This document shows, in pieces, positions 14,161 through 25,395 of a stretch of DNA of 64,000 bases. The position numbers and the translations under genes are program-made. Under the pieces are notes generated by a model. That model made no database searches, was not told where the DNA came from, and saw only the letters and a program-made list of their open reading frames with translations. The stretch is from Mustelus asterias (Eukaryota), in the NCBI RefSeq assembly GCF_964213995.1, contig NC_135804.1, positions 59,334,001 through 59,398,000 on the forward strand, in the 5' to 3' direction. Position 1 is the stretch's first letter, and each line of letters begins with the position of its first letter.

Positions 14161-14481
14161 CTGCGGACCACACTTCGTTCAGTGTGTCTCAAGCACCAGA
14201 AGAAACGACTGTATCCAGAGGAGAAAACATCACCTTCTACTGCATATTCCCCATTTTTCAATCCCAAGCCTGGATACGGGTGTTATGGTGGAAACATGGT
14301 GAGAATGAATTCCTGCATTCAAGCCCAGACAAGAGAAAAAGGTTTGGTATGAAAAGTAAAGTGAGCGGTTTCTTTCGCTTACTAAATGTGACAGTGCAAG
14401 ACTCTGGAATCTATCACTGTACGGTGATCTGTCAGGGAGTAGGTCGAGGAAATGGAACCGGATCACATCTAATTGTGCATG
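14161..14481 (+). CDS. Gene A exon 2, Ig V-set domain with in-exon J-like G strand
   Basis: ttctgacag| acceptor and G|gtaaat donor; 321 nt, phase 1-1; motifs NITFYC, VLWWK, DSGIYHC, GNGTGSHLIV. Confidence 0.92.
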
Positions 14482-15093
14482 GTAAATGTCAAATATACTT
14501 GTCAAATGTACACAGCATCTTTTGACTGTTTCACCGATCCATTTTTGTCAGTGTTAACATGATTAGTAACACAAGCAATAGTCCTCTCTCTATAGAATTG
14601 TTATTTAGACATGCAATGCCACGCGCAGAGTACTGCGAAATGAATCAATATTATTGAATTTGACAACAACTATGAAGGCAATGTATGCGCCAGCTGAATG
14701 ACCGTGGAAACTCACAGCAGTTTCCAAACATATAACTGAATGAAAATCATTTATAATAAAACGCATCATTCAATCAGTACATTGATCTTGCTCATTTGAG
14801 ACACGCACCATCCTGAACATCATTTATGTTAAAATTCATCTCCCAATAAGTACACCATTCTTGTTAACTTCAGATTCTTTTTCTGCCTCTATCCCTGTCC
14901 TGGCGACTTAATATTCCTGAAATCCTGAGATTTGGATGAGGTTCGTATACAATAGGTAGAAATTTAAAAAGTCAGGAGGCCGCGTTTTTGAATTGTACTA
15001 TTATAAGAAAATGAAACGAATGTATATCAGAATCAAACTTAATTTATCCAAATCGAGCACATTACTCGCCTTTGTTCATTCTGTGTTCCGCAG

Positions 15094-15405
15094 CGGCCCC
15101 AAACCCACTGAATCTTGTCTCCAGGGCATCTGAAGGGTATTTATCTGCGCCTTTGACTCTAGTCTGTGAAACGGCAGAGTTGTATCCGGAAAATTTCACC
15201 CTCACTTGGTATAAAAATGGACTCGAAACTACATTTGGAATACACGCCAGTAAAGTGCAAAACAGAGAGGGACTATATGAAGTTTCCAGCTCTTTGGTTG
15301 AAACGCAGCCTGTCCCGAGCGACGCCAATTATACGTGTTTGGTATCTCATGTCTCCCTCAAGACTCCGGCGGTTGTCATCTACACTCGTTCTAAATCTAG
15401 CCAAG
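15094..15405 (+). CDS. Gene A exon 3, Ig C1-set domain
   Basis: ccgcag| ... AAG|gtacga; 312 nt; LVCETAELYPENFTLTWYKNG ... YEVSSSL ... YTCLVSH (C1 signature YxCxVxH). Confidence 0.92.
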
Positions 15406-15654
15406 GTACGACGACAGGAATCCAAAAAGGGATTAAATAATTATTGAATTCGTAAAGGGATATAATGGACAGTTTGCACATAAAGATACTCATGGTAATA
15501 GTTCACGACATTTCATGGGAAATAGAAATGAAAATATTAGATTTAATTGAGTAATATACTTCAACCTAATGTTATGTTATAACATCAGCTGCACACATGT
15601 TCTCAGTTAAGCCTTATTGTTGATAATTGCCACTATTGTATGTATAACGTATAC

Positions 15655-15960
15655 TAGAACATACGAAATCGAAATCGGAGTTCATCATAGGGCCCGTCGA
15701 ATATGCGTGGCCATTCGATAAGATAATTACTGACTTTCTACATCAACTCTACTTTCCAGTCCGATCCCCTAACGATTGCAACTTTGTATATACTCACTGA
15801 CTCAGCATTCACAGCCTTCTGAGGTACTGAATTCCTAAGATTTGAAACTCTTGGATGAAGAATTCTCTCCTAACCGCAGCCTGAGATGACCAAACCCTTA
15901 TCTTGTGACTTTGATCCAAAGTACTAGACTTCCAGCCAGAGATAGCAGTTTGCTGATCTA
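15655..15960 (-). mobile_element. Old CR1 3' fragment in a gene A intron
   Basis: Minus-strand HKIRV...VRREFFIQ... and CR1-like 3' UTR. Confidence 0.55.
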
Positions 15961-16002
15961 ATTTATGGAAAGAAATAATTTTTTTCTCGTTCTGTATTAT
16001 AG

Positions 16003-16116
16003 TTCCTGGGAACACTATTAGATTAACCAATGAACTGTTCGTCAGCCTGTTTGCAAAACACTCGCCGCTACTCCTGATCATCACTAGGGCGCACTGCCAA
16101 ATACCGATTAAGAACG
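16003..16116 (+). CDS. Gene A exon 4, atypical TM-homologous exon VPGNTIRLTNELFVSLFAKHSPLLLIITRAHCQIPIKN
   Basis: Polypyrimidine tract plus tatag| acceptor and ACG|gtaagc donor; 114 nt, phase 1-1, open; shares atcatcact(a/g)gggcg with the gene B TM exon. Confidence 0.65.
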
Positions 16117-17606
16117 GTAAGCGTTTGATTTTAATACAAAACGTCAGATACCGAGCGTCGAGAGAGTGAGAGTTAGTACTACATGGAGAGAGGATTTTAT
16201 TGAAGTCGGAATATTCTGTTCAGAGCAAACCACTGATTTCCCCAAACAGTGACAAATTCTTCACGTCAAAACACGGTAATTATTGTAAAACCATACCACA
16301 AATGGATCTGATTAACTGTATATCTGTCACTGACATTTTTCGCTTTGCAGCAACTGCTGAATGAAATATATCGTTTCGCACAGTTTCCAACTAGTCTGTA
16401 GTGAGACTGCAGTTAGTTTGTGTGGAGCCTTGTATCGTTCAGACCTGAAATGGTTGCAGGTCATTGCTGCCCTGCACAGGAGTTGGCATTTCGGACAGTC
16501 GCGAAATCTGAATTGGAAAAACATGTTCTATTTTGGTACCTTCTCGAGTAAGGAGTTTGCAACAATTGACAATCGAACTAAGTGAGTACTTTAAAAAACC
16601 TCCTCATGACTAAATTTCAGTCATTCACGTGGCAAAAGCGTAAGGAGGACAGCAGCGCTGCCAAGAACCTGCACGTTCATTTGCGCATCTCCGGAAAGGT
16701 TTGAAATGAGAAAATAAGGATTGCATAATGAGCAATTTATTTATTGTTGGAAGTATTTGCCTCGCAAGAAATACTTAACACCGGGAGCTCGGGAATGAAA
16801 CTGTTTTTGCGAAAACAAAATCAGGCGTGGCGTTGATGGTTCGCTCTTGTCCCTTTCGCGAGATCGCAGAAGACCAATTTGTCCCCGCCATCCAGTGTTT
16901 ACTCTTCTAAATAGATACGGAGCAGAAAGCAAAACTGATGGTTTTGTTGAAATCTAAAGAGGTAATCATTTTTGTAGCTTTACCTATATTTGGAAAAAAA
17001 AGTTAGCGAATCTGTATTCAAGCGGAGCAGGAACTTTAAGGATTTCAGTAACTTGGTGTGGCGAGCGCTTTGATATTTTTAAATTTAAATTCTAATTATA
17101 AATTTTAATTATAATTACGACTTGCAATAACCGGTATTCAGATTTGCAGTTATTTGAAATTATTCAGCATGGCTTCTGTGCTTTATCTCTAGCCATTCTG
17201 CTTAATGTTTCACCAGTAGTATGTAAAATGATGCAGGGAAGTGAAATAGGCATATTAAAATATTTTTCCGGTCCATGTAAGAAACACAGGTTGAAATCGC
17301 CAACATGTTGCAGCACCTTTAAGTAGAACCATGTACACTCCAAAACTTATAATTGAATCGGAGAGGCCCGTGCAGTCTCAGGCGGTGCTGAGATCAGACC
17401 GACAGCGATTATCACAGGCCGATGTGTTACGATAATATTCCCGTGATAACGAATAATAAATACAAGGTTGGCTGTTTCCTGTCGTGTATTGCAGCTCCGG
17501 TTCTGTGCATTTTTTTCTTCCTCATGAATGCTTTGTGTAGAAGCCAATAAAACTGGAAAGAACACCAATTAATAATCTTTCCAAACATTAATTTTCAGAC
17601 TAAACA

Positions 17607-18807
17607 AGTTATCATCATGGATAAAGTCAATAAAATATATGTTATCAGAGCTTACTTATTTCAATCAAGCATTATTATTTTTCGTGCGTAAAATTGCAAA
17701 ACCTGGTTTTTGACCTGCGTGTTTCGTATTTTGACGTCTAGAGTTGATGTTTCTTTTGAAATGGAGTCTGCAATATATTTGCTGGCCCACAGAAGCCTCA
17801 GAACACAGGGGCCTTCGCGGGTTAGAACTGTCAAACTCCAAAAGAAAACAAATGAAGAAGATTAAATGTAACACGTGAGAAAAGAGTAACTTATGACATT
17901 ATTATGTAACTGAATATAAAATGTAAGTGTTTGCTTTTGCTTAACGGTTTGTGGAAATTTATTTGCTTTTGCTTAACGATTTGTGGAAATTTACTTGAAT
18001 TGCCTATAATAGTTATTTGATGTATTGGCATTGGAGGGAGTGCAGAGAAGGTTCACCAGGTTGATACCGGAGATGAGGGGTTTGGATTATGAGGAGAGGC
18101 TGAGGAGATTGGGTTTGTACTCGTTGGAGTTTAGAAGGATGAGGGGGGATCTTATGGAGACTTATAAGATAATGCGGGGGCTGGATAGGGTGGAGGCGGA
18201 GAGATTCTTTCCACTTAGTAAGGAAGTTAAAACTAGAGGACACAGCCTCAAAATAAAGGGGGGTCGGTTTAAGACAGAGTTGAGGAGGAACTTCTTCTCC
18301 CAGAGGGTGGTGAATCTCTGGAATTCTCTGCCCACTGAGGTGGTGGAGGCTACCTCGCTGAATATGTTTAAAGCGCGGATGGATGGATTCCTGATCGGTA
18401 AGGGAATTAAGGGTTATGGGGATCAGGCGGGTAAGTGGTACTGATCCACGTCAGATCAGCCATGATCTTATTGAATGGCGGGGCAGGCTCGAGGGGCTAG
18501 ATGGCCTTTTCCTGCTCCTATTTCTTATGTTCTTATGATTGCCTTGATTGCCTTGTGTAGTTTGACGAATCGGTGGCACTGAATGGATGAATACGCTGAC
18601 TGTTGAGTTATCATCATGTATAAGGTCAATAAAATATATGTTATTAGATCTTGCTTATTTCAATCAAGCATTATTAATTTTCGTGCGTAAAATTGCAAAA
18701 CCTGGTTTTTGATCTGCGTGTGTCGTATTTTGACGTCTAGAGTAGATGATTCTTTTGAAATGGACTCTGCAATATATTTGCTGGCCCACAGAAGCCTCAG
18801 AACACAG
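17607..18807 (+). repeat. 202-bp direct duplication (17607-17808 and 18606-18807)
   Basis: Direct comparison shows ~11 mismatches and no indels; the spacer holds a later CR1 3' insertion. Confidence 0.9.
18010..18537 (+). mobile_element. Young 5'-truncated CR1 3' fragment
   Basis: Intact ORF2 C-terminus 18025-18444, tcttatgt-repeat tail, attgcct target duplication. Confidence 0.93.
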
Positions 18808-19598
18808 TTTGCATCTGATAACACAGGAGGTGCATTTCTCTAAGTTCCCTGTGACTATCCATTTCCATTCGATATGATACGTCCAGAAAATTACAGGTCA
18901 CTGGCAAACGAAATACCTTAATTGTGCTTATTGGGGGTTGTCTTCAGAACGAAAGCAATTTTAAGAGCTTCTACGTCCAGCAATACTAATTTTTTTTTAT
19001 ACTTTTCCAATTCAATCAAATCAAGTTGAGTCGGTGTATAGTGCTGAGTATAGGTGTGAACAATAATCGTGCAGAGTTGAAAACCTTTTTCGTATTGGAG
19101 ATTAAGTCCTATTTTAGTGTGGCTATATCATCAGATGACAGAAAGCTCGTAATTATCGTGGTTGAACGATGAATTATTTAGGAAGTATCTCACTTAAATT
19201 GCAGAGTTGAAACATTGCGCAGTTAGTTATTGGAAGAAACGCAGCCCATCGTTTCTAATGACACAAGTGTAACTCTGATTTTAGAGCTAATACAACGCAA
19301 AGTGAATGGGTGTTGTTCTCACTGTTTGTTTGACAACTGTTTGCGTTAACACACATTAGGATCCTATAATTTTACAGTAAGAGATTCAGGCTGGGCTGTT
19401 CTTATAGTCTGTACTCTACAATGGCTCTGCATGAACCATTCAGTTTCCAATCAAATAATTCATTTCGAAAAGGATTCTTGGCTGTGATTCTACATTTTGT
19501 GGCAAAGAGCATCTATTATTCCCGAACCAGCTTCCCGGAAAGAATATTTTGTTTCGCATCCATCTTTATATTTCCAGATTATGTTAACGTTCTCCTCA

Positions 19599-19960
19599 TG
19601 ATGTGGAGATGCCGGCGTTGGACTGGGGTAAACACAGTAAGAGTTTTAACAACACCAGGTTAAAATCCAACAGGTTTATTTGGTAGCAAATGCCATCAGC
19701 TTTCGGAGAGCTGCTCCTTCGTCAGATGGAGTGGAAATCTGCTCTCAAACAGGGCACAGAGACACAAAATCAAGTTACAGAATACTGATTAGAATGATCA
19801 GATTCTAATCAGTATTCTGTAACTTGATTTTGTGTCTCTGTGCCTTGTTTGAGAGCAGATTTCCACTCCATCTGACGAAGGAGCAGCGCTTCGAAAGCTA
19901 ATGGCATTTGCTCCCAAATAAACCTGTTGGACTTTAACCTGGTGTTGTTAAAACTCTTAC
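19599..19960. mobile_element. Penelope-like insertion arranged as an inverted (fold-back) pair of termini
   Basis: 19637-19797 is the reverse complement of ~19802-19960; 13-bp target duplication aacgttctcctca at 19586-19598 and 19961-19973. Confidence 0.88.
19868..19904 (+). ncRNA. Minimal type-I hammerhead ribozyme motif (Penelope-associated)
   Basis: Stem I ccat/atgg, core CUGACGA, stem II ggagc/gcttc, GAAA, rudimentary palindromic helix III (AGCU), cleavage site UA. Confidence 0.7.
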
Positions 19961-20099
19961 AACGTTCTCCTCAGCAGTGGAAATATTCCGCTACTATTCG
20001 TTTTTCATGACGCCTCAGAGGCTTGAAAACTTATCAAGTCACTGATCAATCCCTAGAGCGTCGGTGGTGGGAATGGGGGCGGGGTAGGGGGGTGCACGG

Positions 20100-22120
20100 T
20101 TCCCACATAATTACATTCCATGTTTTGCCATTTGGATGGCCCCTTTTAATTTGTTCTTGCCATCTTCCACAATTTTATGTAAGTTCTTACATCTGCTGAA
20201 TATTACTTCCGTGTCATTTTTCGCGATGCCTCCAAATACTAAATCAAGGCCATTCCTTTTCACTTTTATCACGTGATAAGTTGACGTTGCCACCATTCAC
20301 TCAGGTCACTCTGCCCTTCGGCACTATTACTATTCCTACTATTTAAAATGCATTTAATGCTCTTATTTTACACGGCCAAACGCAGTATTTCCTCGTTCTC
20401 CGAATGCTGTATCAAGCAGCTCTCTGCCCTTGGAACAGCCAATGCCGTCTGCAGCATTTCATGATCTGTGCCAGAATTGCTTCAGAAACTCTCCATGATG
20501 TTTCAACTGCAGATTATGAAGACGCTGCCTCAATTTCCTGAAGAAGGTCATTGATCTTTGTAGTAAACAAAAGCAGTCAAGTACGGCATCTGTAATACAT
20601 GTTTCGACACATCTTGTCATTCCGAGAAGCTTCTATTTATGCTTACATTTTACTTTGTCTCTTTCACCCATCTTCGTATCCGTCGGGCATATTGTTCTTA
20701 CTGCAATGTATCCATACCGTCATTGGCAATGGAAAGTACACATAAACTGCATCTACTGCATTTCATTGATCTACTCCTTCTGTTATTTTACAGAGAATTT
20801 TGTAAGACTTTGTATAAATTTGTGCTGACTAGGCTTGGTTAATTACGTTTCTTTATGAAATAAGTAGTTTACTGCTGGTGGACAGAGGCCTGGCGTGATG
20901 TAAATAAATGGGACAATGTTAACAGTCACTAAGCAAAATGCATTAAAAGTCAGGTCGACTTCTGAAATTCAAAGGGTTTTAAACTAACTGGCGAGAGTTT
21001 TTGTTCCTGGTAACAGTGAGCTAAGATAAGGGCGATACTGTTGTTGTGGTGTACATAAGACATTCAAAAGGAACTTGACGTGCTGCGCAAATCAAGGTGA
21101 TGGAATAAAAGCGAGAGTGGCACAGTGGATATGAAATTAACGAAACGACAGGAAAAGTTGCATTGGGTGGTTGTTCATCGTACGGGAGGAAAGTTTATAA
21201 AGGAGTTCCCTACAGTTGATGGGGGACCCCTGCACTGCCTAATATATCTCATATGTCATAAACCTGGGTGCATAGGGCGCAATTATAAAATTGGGAATGG
21301 CGCAGAACTTTGAATTATTTTGAAATGAGGAGGGTAGTTTTACACTTCCAGAGGACTTCGGCAGGCCTGAATAAATGGGAAGGTAAATAGCATTTGGAAT
21401 TTAATGTAGAAAAGTGTGAAGCCTTGCACTCTGCTACGAGGAGATGCATTATGAAATAAAGGCATAGGAGCAGATGTGGAGGGCGTACATGTGCACAAAT
21501 CCTTGAATGTAATTCAGGAAGTGGTTAATAAAGCGTACAGGATATTGGGTTTTATAAATAGGTATCTAGGTAAGGAGGCAATAATATATCTGTACTGTAA
21601 ATCCGAATGAAACACTAGTTCGGTCTCAACTGGAATATTGTGCAAAGTTCTGGGCACCGTCCTTAAGGAAGGATATGAAAACATTAAACATGACGCAGAG
21701 AAGGGAATGTTTCCAAGGACGAGGAACTTCAATTAAGATTGGAGAAGCCGGAAATGTTCTCCTTGAAGGAGAGAAGATAAATAGATGATTTGACAGCAGT
21801 TTTCAATTTCTTGAGCAGTCTGGACAGAATAGATAGTGACAGAAGGATCTCGATTCTGCTGATTGACGACCGATTTACTGCAGCAGGCAAAATAAGCAAC
21901 TGCAACATGCGATTTTTTTCAAAAACAGGAAACGGTTATAATGTACTGGAGTGTGTTGGGGGCAGATTCAATCGAAACATTCAAAAGAAAATTGGATAAT
22001 TATCTGAAAATATAAAAATATGGTATGGGGAAAATGAAACTAGATTATTTAGGCTTGTGCGGAGTCGACACGGACAGGATTTGTTTCTGTGCAGAAAACA
22101 TTCTCTGATTCTCTGATAAG
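20100..22120. mobile_element. Highly decayed CR1 fragments (minus strand ~20100-20850, plus strand ~20950-22120)
   Basis: Remnants such as gaatttaatgtagaaaagtgtgaa (EFNVEKCE) and ctggaatattgtgcaaagttctgg (LEYCAKFW). Confidence 0.6.
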
Positions 22121-22823
22121 TCAAGCCATTATTTTAATTCACCTATAGTTGTAAGTATTGCTGGGGAGCACAGGCGACTTCTCATGGAACAAAAAGCTGA
22201 AGACAATTAATTTGGTCGCTTTACAACGATTAGCTACAGAGCACGCTGAGTTCTAACACCCTAGGGAAAAGTAACACTGCCCTCTCAGGGTACTGGAGCA
22301 GAATCTCAAGTCCTTAAGAAGGCAGAGTAGACCCCGACGACTTATATATTTAGCATAGATGTGAGGAGAGGATATTTCTCTCCATGAATGATTCCACTGA
22401 CAAAGTATGGGTCTTTTATCGTAAAATAAACATTATTTAAGAACGCAATTTAAATATAACTCTAATAAATGAAGGAACTTAACCATTAACAGTCGAGCAA
22501 TATTTAAAAATCAAAGGAAGCAACTTTTCTTTCTAGCTTATCAATGTTCCCGTTTCAAAAAAGCCCCATTCATGGATTGATCAACACCACTTTTAATCAA
22601 TATTATTAACAAATCCAGGGATACTGTGTTAACAGTCTTGAAGATTTTAATGAGACTTTGTGGAGAGAGTTCTCAAGAATGGCCTGCACATGCCTCTGAC
22701 TTTAGCAGCCATCCAATTAACAATTGCAAAAGCTTCTTTCTTGCTGCCACAGACGCAGTTCTGAACTTGAACCACACTTTCATTTGACCCTGTCAATCAA
22801 CTTCCTAAGAAATATTTTCAAAG

Positions 22824-23113
22824 AATAGAATCCCTACAGTGCAGGATGGGGCCATTCGGCTTTGCGACCCTGCACCGGCAGCAATCCCACCCAAACCCTA
22901 ACCCTGTTACCCCGTGCATTTAATCTGATAGCCTCCCTGACACTAAGTGGGAATTTAGCATGGCCAACTAATCAAATCTGCACATCTTTGGACTGTGGGA
23001 GGAAATTGGAGCACCTGGAGGGAACCCAAGCAGGCTGCAACCCGAGGCCAGAATTGAACCCAGGTCCCTGGCACTGTGAGGCAGCAGTGCTAGTGACTGT
23101 GCCACCATGCTGT
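22824..23113 (-). mobile_element. HE1-type V-SINE nested in the Gypsy fragment
   Basis: ggactgtgggagga..ggagcacc core and cactgtgaggcagcagtgcta tRNA-like end. Confidence 0.85.
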
Positions 23114-23913
23114 CCATGTTTTGTGCAAACAAAAGTCCATTAGCTCTATCAAAGTAACTAATTCCTAGCTGAAATGCGTAATTAACTTGTTATTGCCAAC
23201 CTGAAGCTAAATGTTTACCAGGCACACCGACTGTCTGTAGAATAGAACTGAAATTTCAAACATTATATAGAAACACAAAAATTGAACATTATTTATATCT
23301 GGAGCTACTACCTAGTATCATGAGACCTTACCCTTAAATAAAAAAACAAGAATATGAAAAGATGGCTTCATTTTTCTAAAGCCTTTATTATTTTCACACT
23401 ATTCGTACTCTATCAGGTATACATCTTATGACATATAAGCATGCAAATTTAAACAGTATTATAGTCCAGTTCAGTCTTTCTTTTCCAACACGGAATATTC
23501 TATCCTTTTAGCAAATCATAGACGTGATAAAACATCTGCAATCACATTCTCTCTTCCTGTCATACCTGTAATGTTCAAATTAAATGTCTGTAACAATAAG
23601 CTCCACCTAAACAGTCTTGCACTTCCATCTTTAAACTTCTCCAGAAGCTTCAATATATTATGGTCAGTATAAATAATTATGTTTGATGAACTGCTGGCAA
23701 CATAAATATTAAAATGTTGCAATGCCAATGCAAAATTCAAGGCCTCCTTCTCCATGATCGAATATCTGTTTTGATGAACATTTCGCTGTTTGGAAAAATA
23801 ACCAACAGGTCTCTTCATCATTTCATGGTCTTCTTGTAACAGTACAGCACCAATACCCACATTACGTGCATCAATGACCACTTTGAATTGCATAATTCGG
23901 CGAGATGATTAAG

Positions 23914-24233
23914 AGTAGAATGGAATAGAATCCCTACACTGCAGAAGGAGGCCATTCGGCCTATCGAGTCTTCACGGACCACAATCCCACTCAGGCTCTT
24001 TCCCCGTAACCCCACACATTTACCCCGCTAGTCTCCCTGACACTAGAGTCAATTTAGCATGGCCAATCCACCTAACGCGCACATTTTTGGAGTGTGGGAG
24101 CAAACCGGAGCACGGGAAGGAAACACACGGGGAGGATGTGCAAACTCCATACAGACAGTTACCCGAGGCCGGAATTGAACCAGGGTCTCTGGCGCGGTGA
24201 GGCAGCAGTGCTCACCACTATGCCATCGTGCCG
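23914..24233 (-). mobile_element. HE1-type V-SINE nested in Gypsy pol
   Basis: Same SINE core; tagaat tail at the left end. Confidence 0.85.
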
Positions 24234-24779
24234 CTCACAGTTGGCTACCACAGTTTTCGGATTGTCAATTGCCTCCTGACATTCAGAGGTCCACTGAAAT
24301 TTCTTGCGCTTCTTCACAGTTCAGTCAGTGGCATAACCTGACTGCTAAAATTTCGCACGGATTTTCTCTAGAAACCACTGATGCACATTTCTCTTCCAGT
24401 TGACAGTTCCCAATAACTAACTTTCCTTCTCATATTCCGTGGGGCCATCTGTCCATGTCCAATCATATGGTCGAGGAACGTGACATGGGCTTTGGCGCGC
24501 GCGCATTTTCGAGATCAAAGGAATATTTTACGAATGTTGAAGTTCTTCTAAACAGACATTAGGAAGTAATTGGAAACAGGGATGGGATATTTCACCAAGA
24601 CTCCGAAGGGAAGAAATGCCACGAAACTCAAGCGGGGGAACACAAATTTGAACAGATAGGTAATTCGGATGTCTTCAAGATTCAGTGAAAGTGGTTAGGT
24701 GAAGAAAAATGTGCTCACGTGATTTAGATAATGGGAAGCAAATTACATTTTATACTCAATCTTATAATCTCAAAATTCA

Positions 24780-25395
24780 TTTCCGGAACATCGACTCCAC
24801 TCGTTTCCTTGGCAAGTGCCTGTTGTTAATAAGATTTCTTGGAACTTAAGTGTTATGTTTGACTCCGAAGAATATTCTGACCATATATTCGCATCAACCC
24901 AGAATTATCCACGATCGCCTTTGCAACATTGCCCTCTACAGTTGACTAGCCAGCCTCCCGCGCTGTACCCTATGTAAACCCCAGGTTATCTAACAGTCTG
25001 TCGCCCATTTTCTCCCTCTCATCAAGTTTCCTCATCCATTAACTCTCTGCTCGCTAATCTACATTTGCTCCCAACTAAGCAATTGCATTTTTCAAATCCT
25101 CAAGCTGCTTTTCATGACCTGTCCCCTTCCTCCTTCTGTAATCCTCTCCAGCCACAGAACAGGCGGAGGTCTCCGAACTCCTCTAATTCTGGCCTCTCCA
25201 ACATCCCCAATTTTCACTGCTTAACCATTGGCAGCGTGCGTTCATCTGGCAAAAATCTCTAATTCCCCTCTGAACCCTTCTGCCTCCACTTCTTTTTCCT
25301 CCTTTTAGGTACTTCTTTGATGACGTTTTATCGCCCATGATATCTCCTTATTACTTTGGTGTCAATTCATTTCATAACGGTTCAATGAAGTGCCC
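24780..25395 (+). mobile_element. L2-clade LINE 3' remnant
   Basis: ttaactctctgctcgctaatctacatttgctccca...ttcaaatcctc resembles the L2 ORF2 motif ITPxLxxLHWLP...FKIL. Confidence 0.55.

Larger units (their letters stand above)
22340..24500 (-). mobile_element. Ty3/Gypsy (Gmr1-like) LTR retrotransposon 3' fragment: RT remnant, RNase H and probable LTR
   Basis: ORF 23516-23893: DARNVGIGAVLLQ, RPVGYFSK, YSIMEKE, YTDH, RWSLLLQ, ADVLSRL then stop. Confidence 0.85.

Noticed and set aside
14161-15405. Calling the genes true Ig light chain or TCR loci, or giving symbols such as NCR3, NCR3LG1 or SIRPA
   Set aside because: No RSS or separate J segments, a TM exon is present (unlike IgL), and there is no TCR-type TM motif; orthology cannot be fixed without phylogeny
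16621-16698. Candidate gene A cytoplasmic exon (tttcag|...AAG|gtttga; VIHVAKA-stop in phase 1)
   Set aside because: No homology to paralog exons; splice-like signals alone are insufficient
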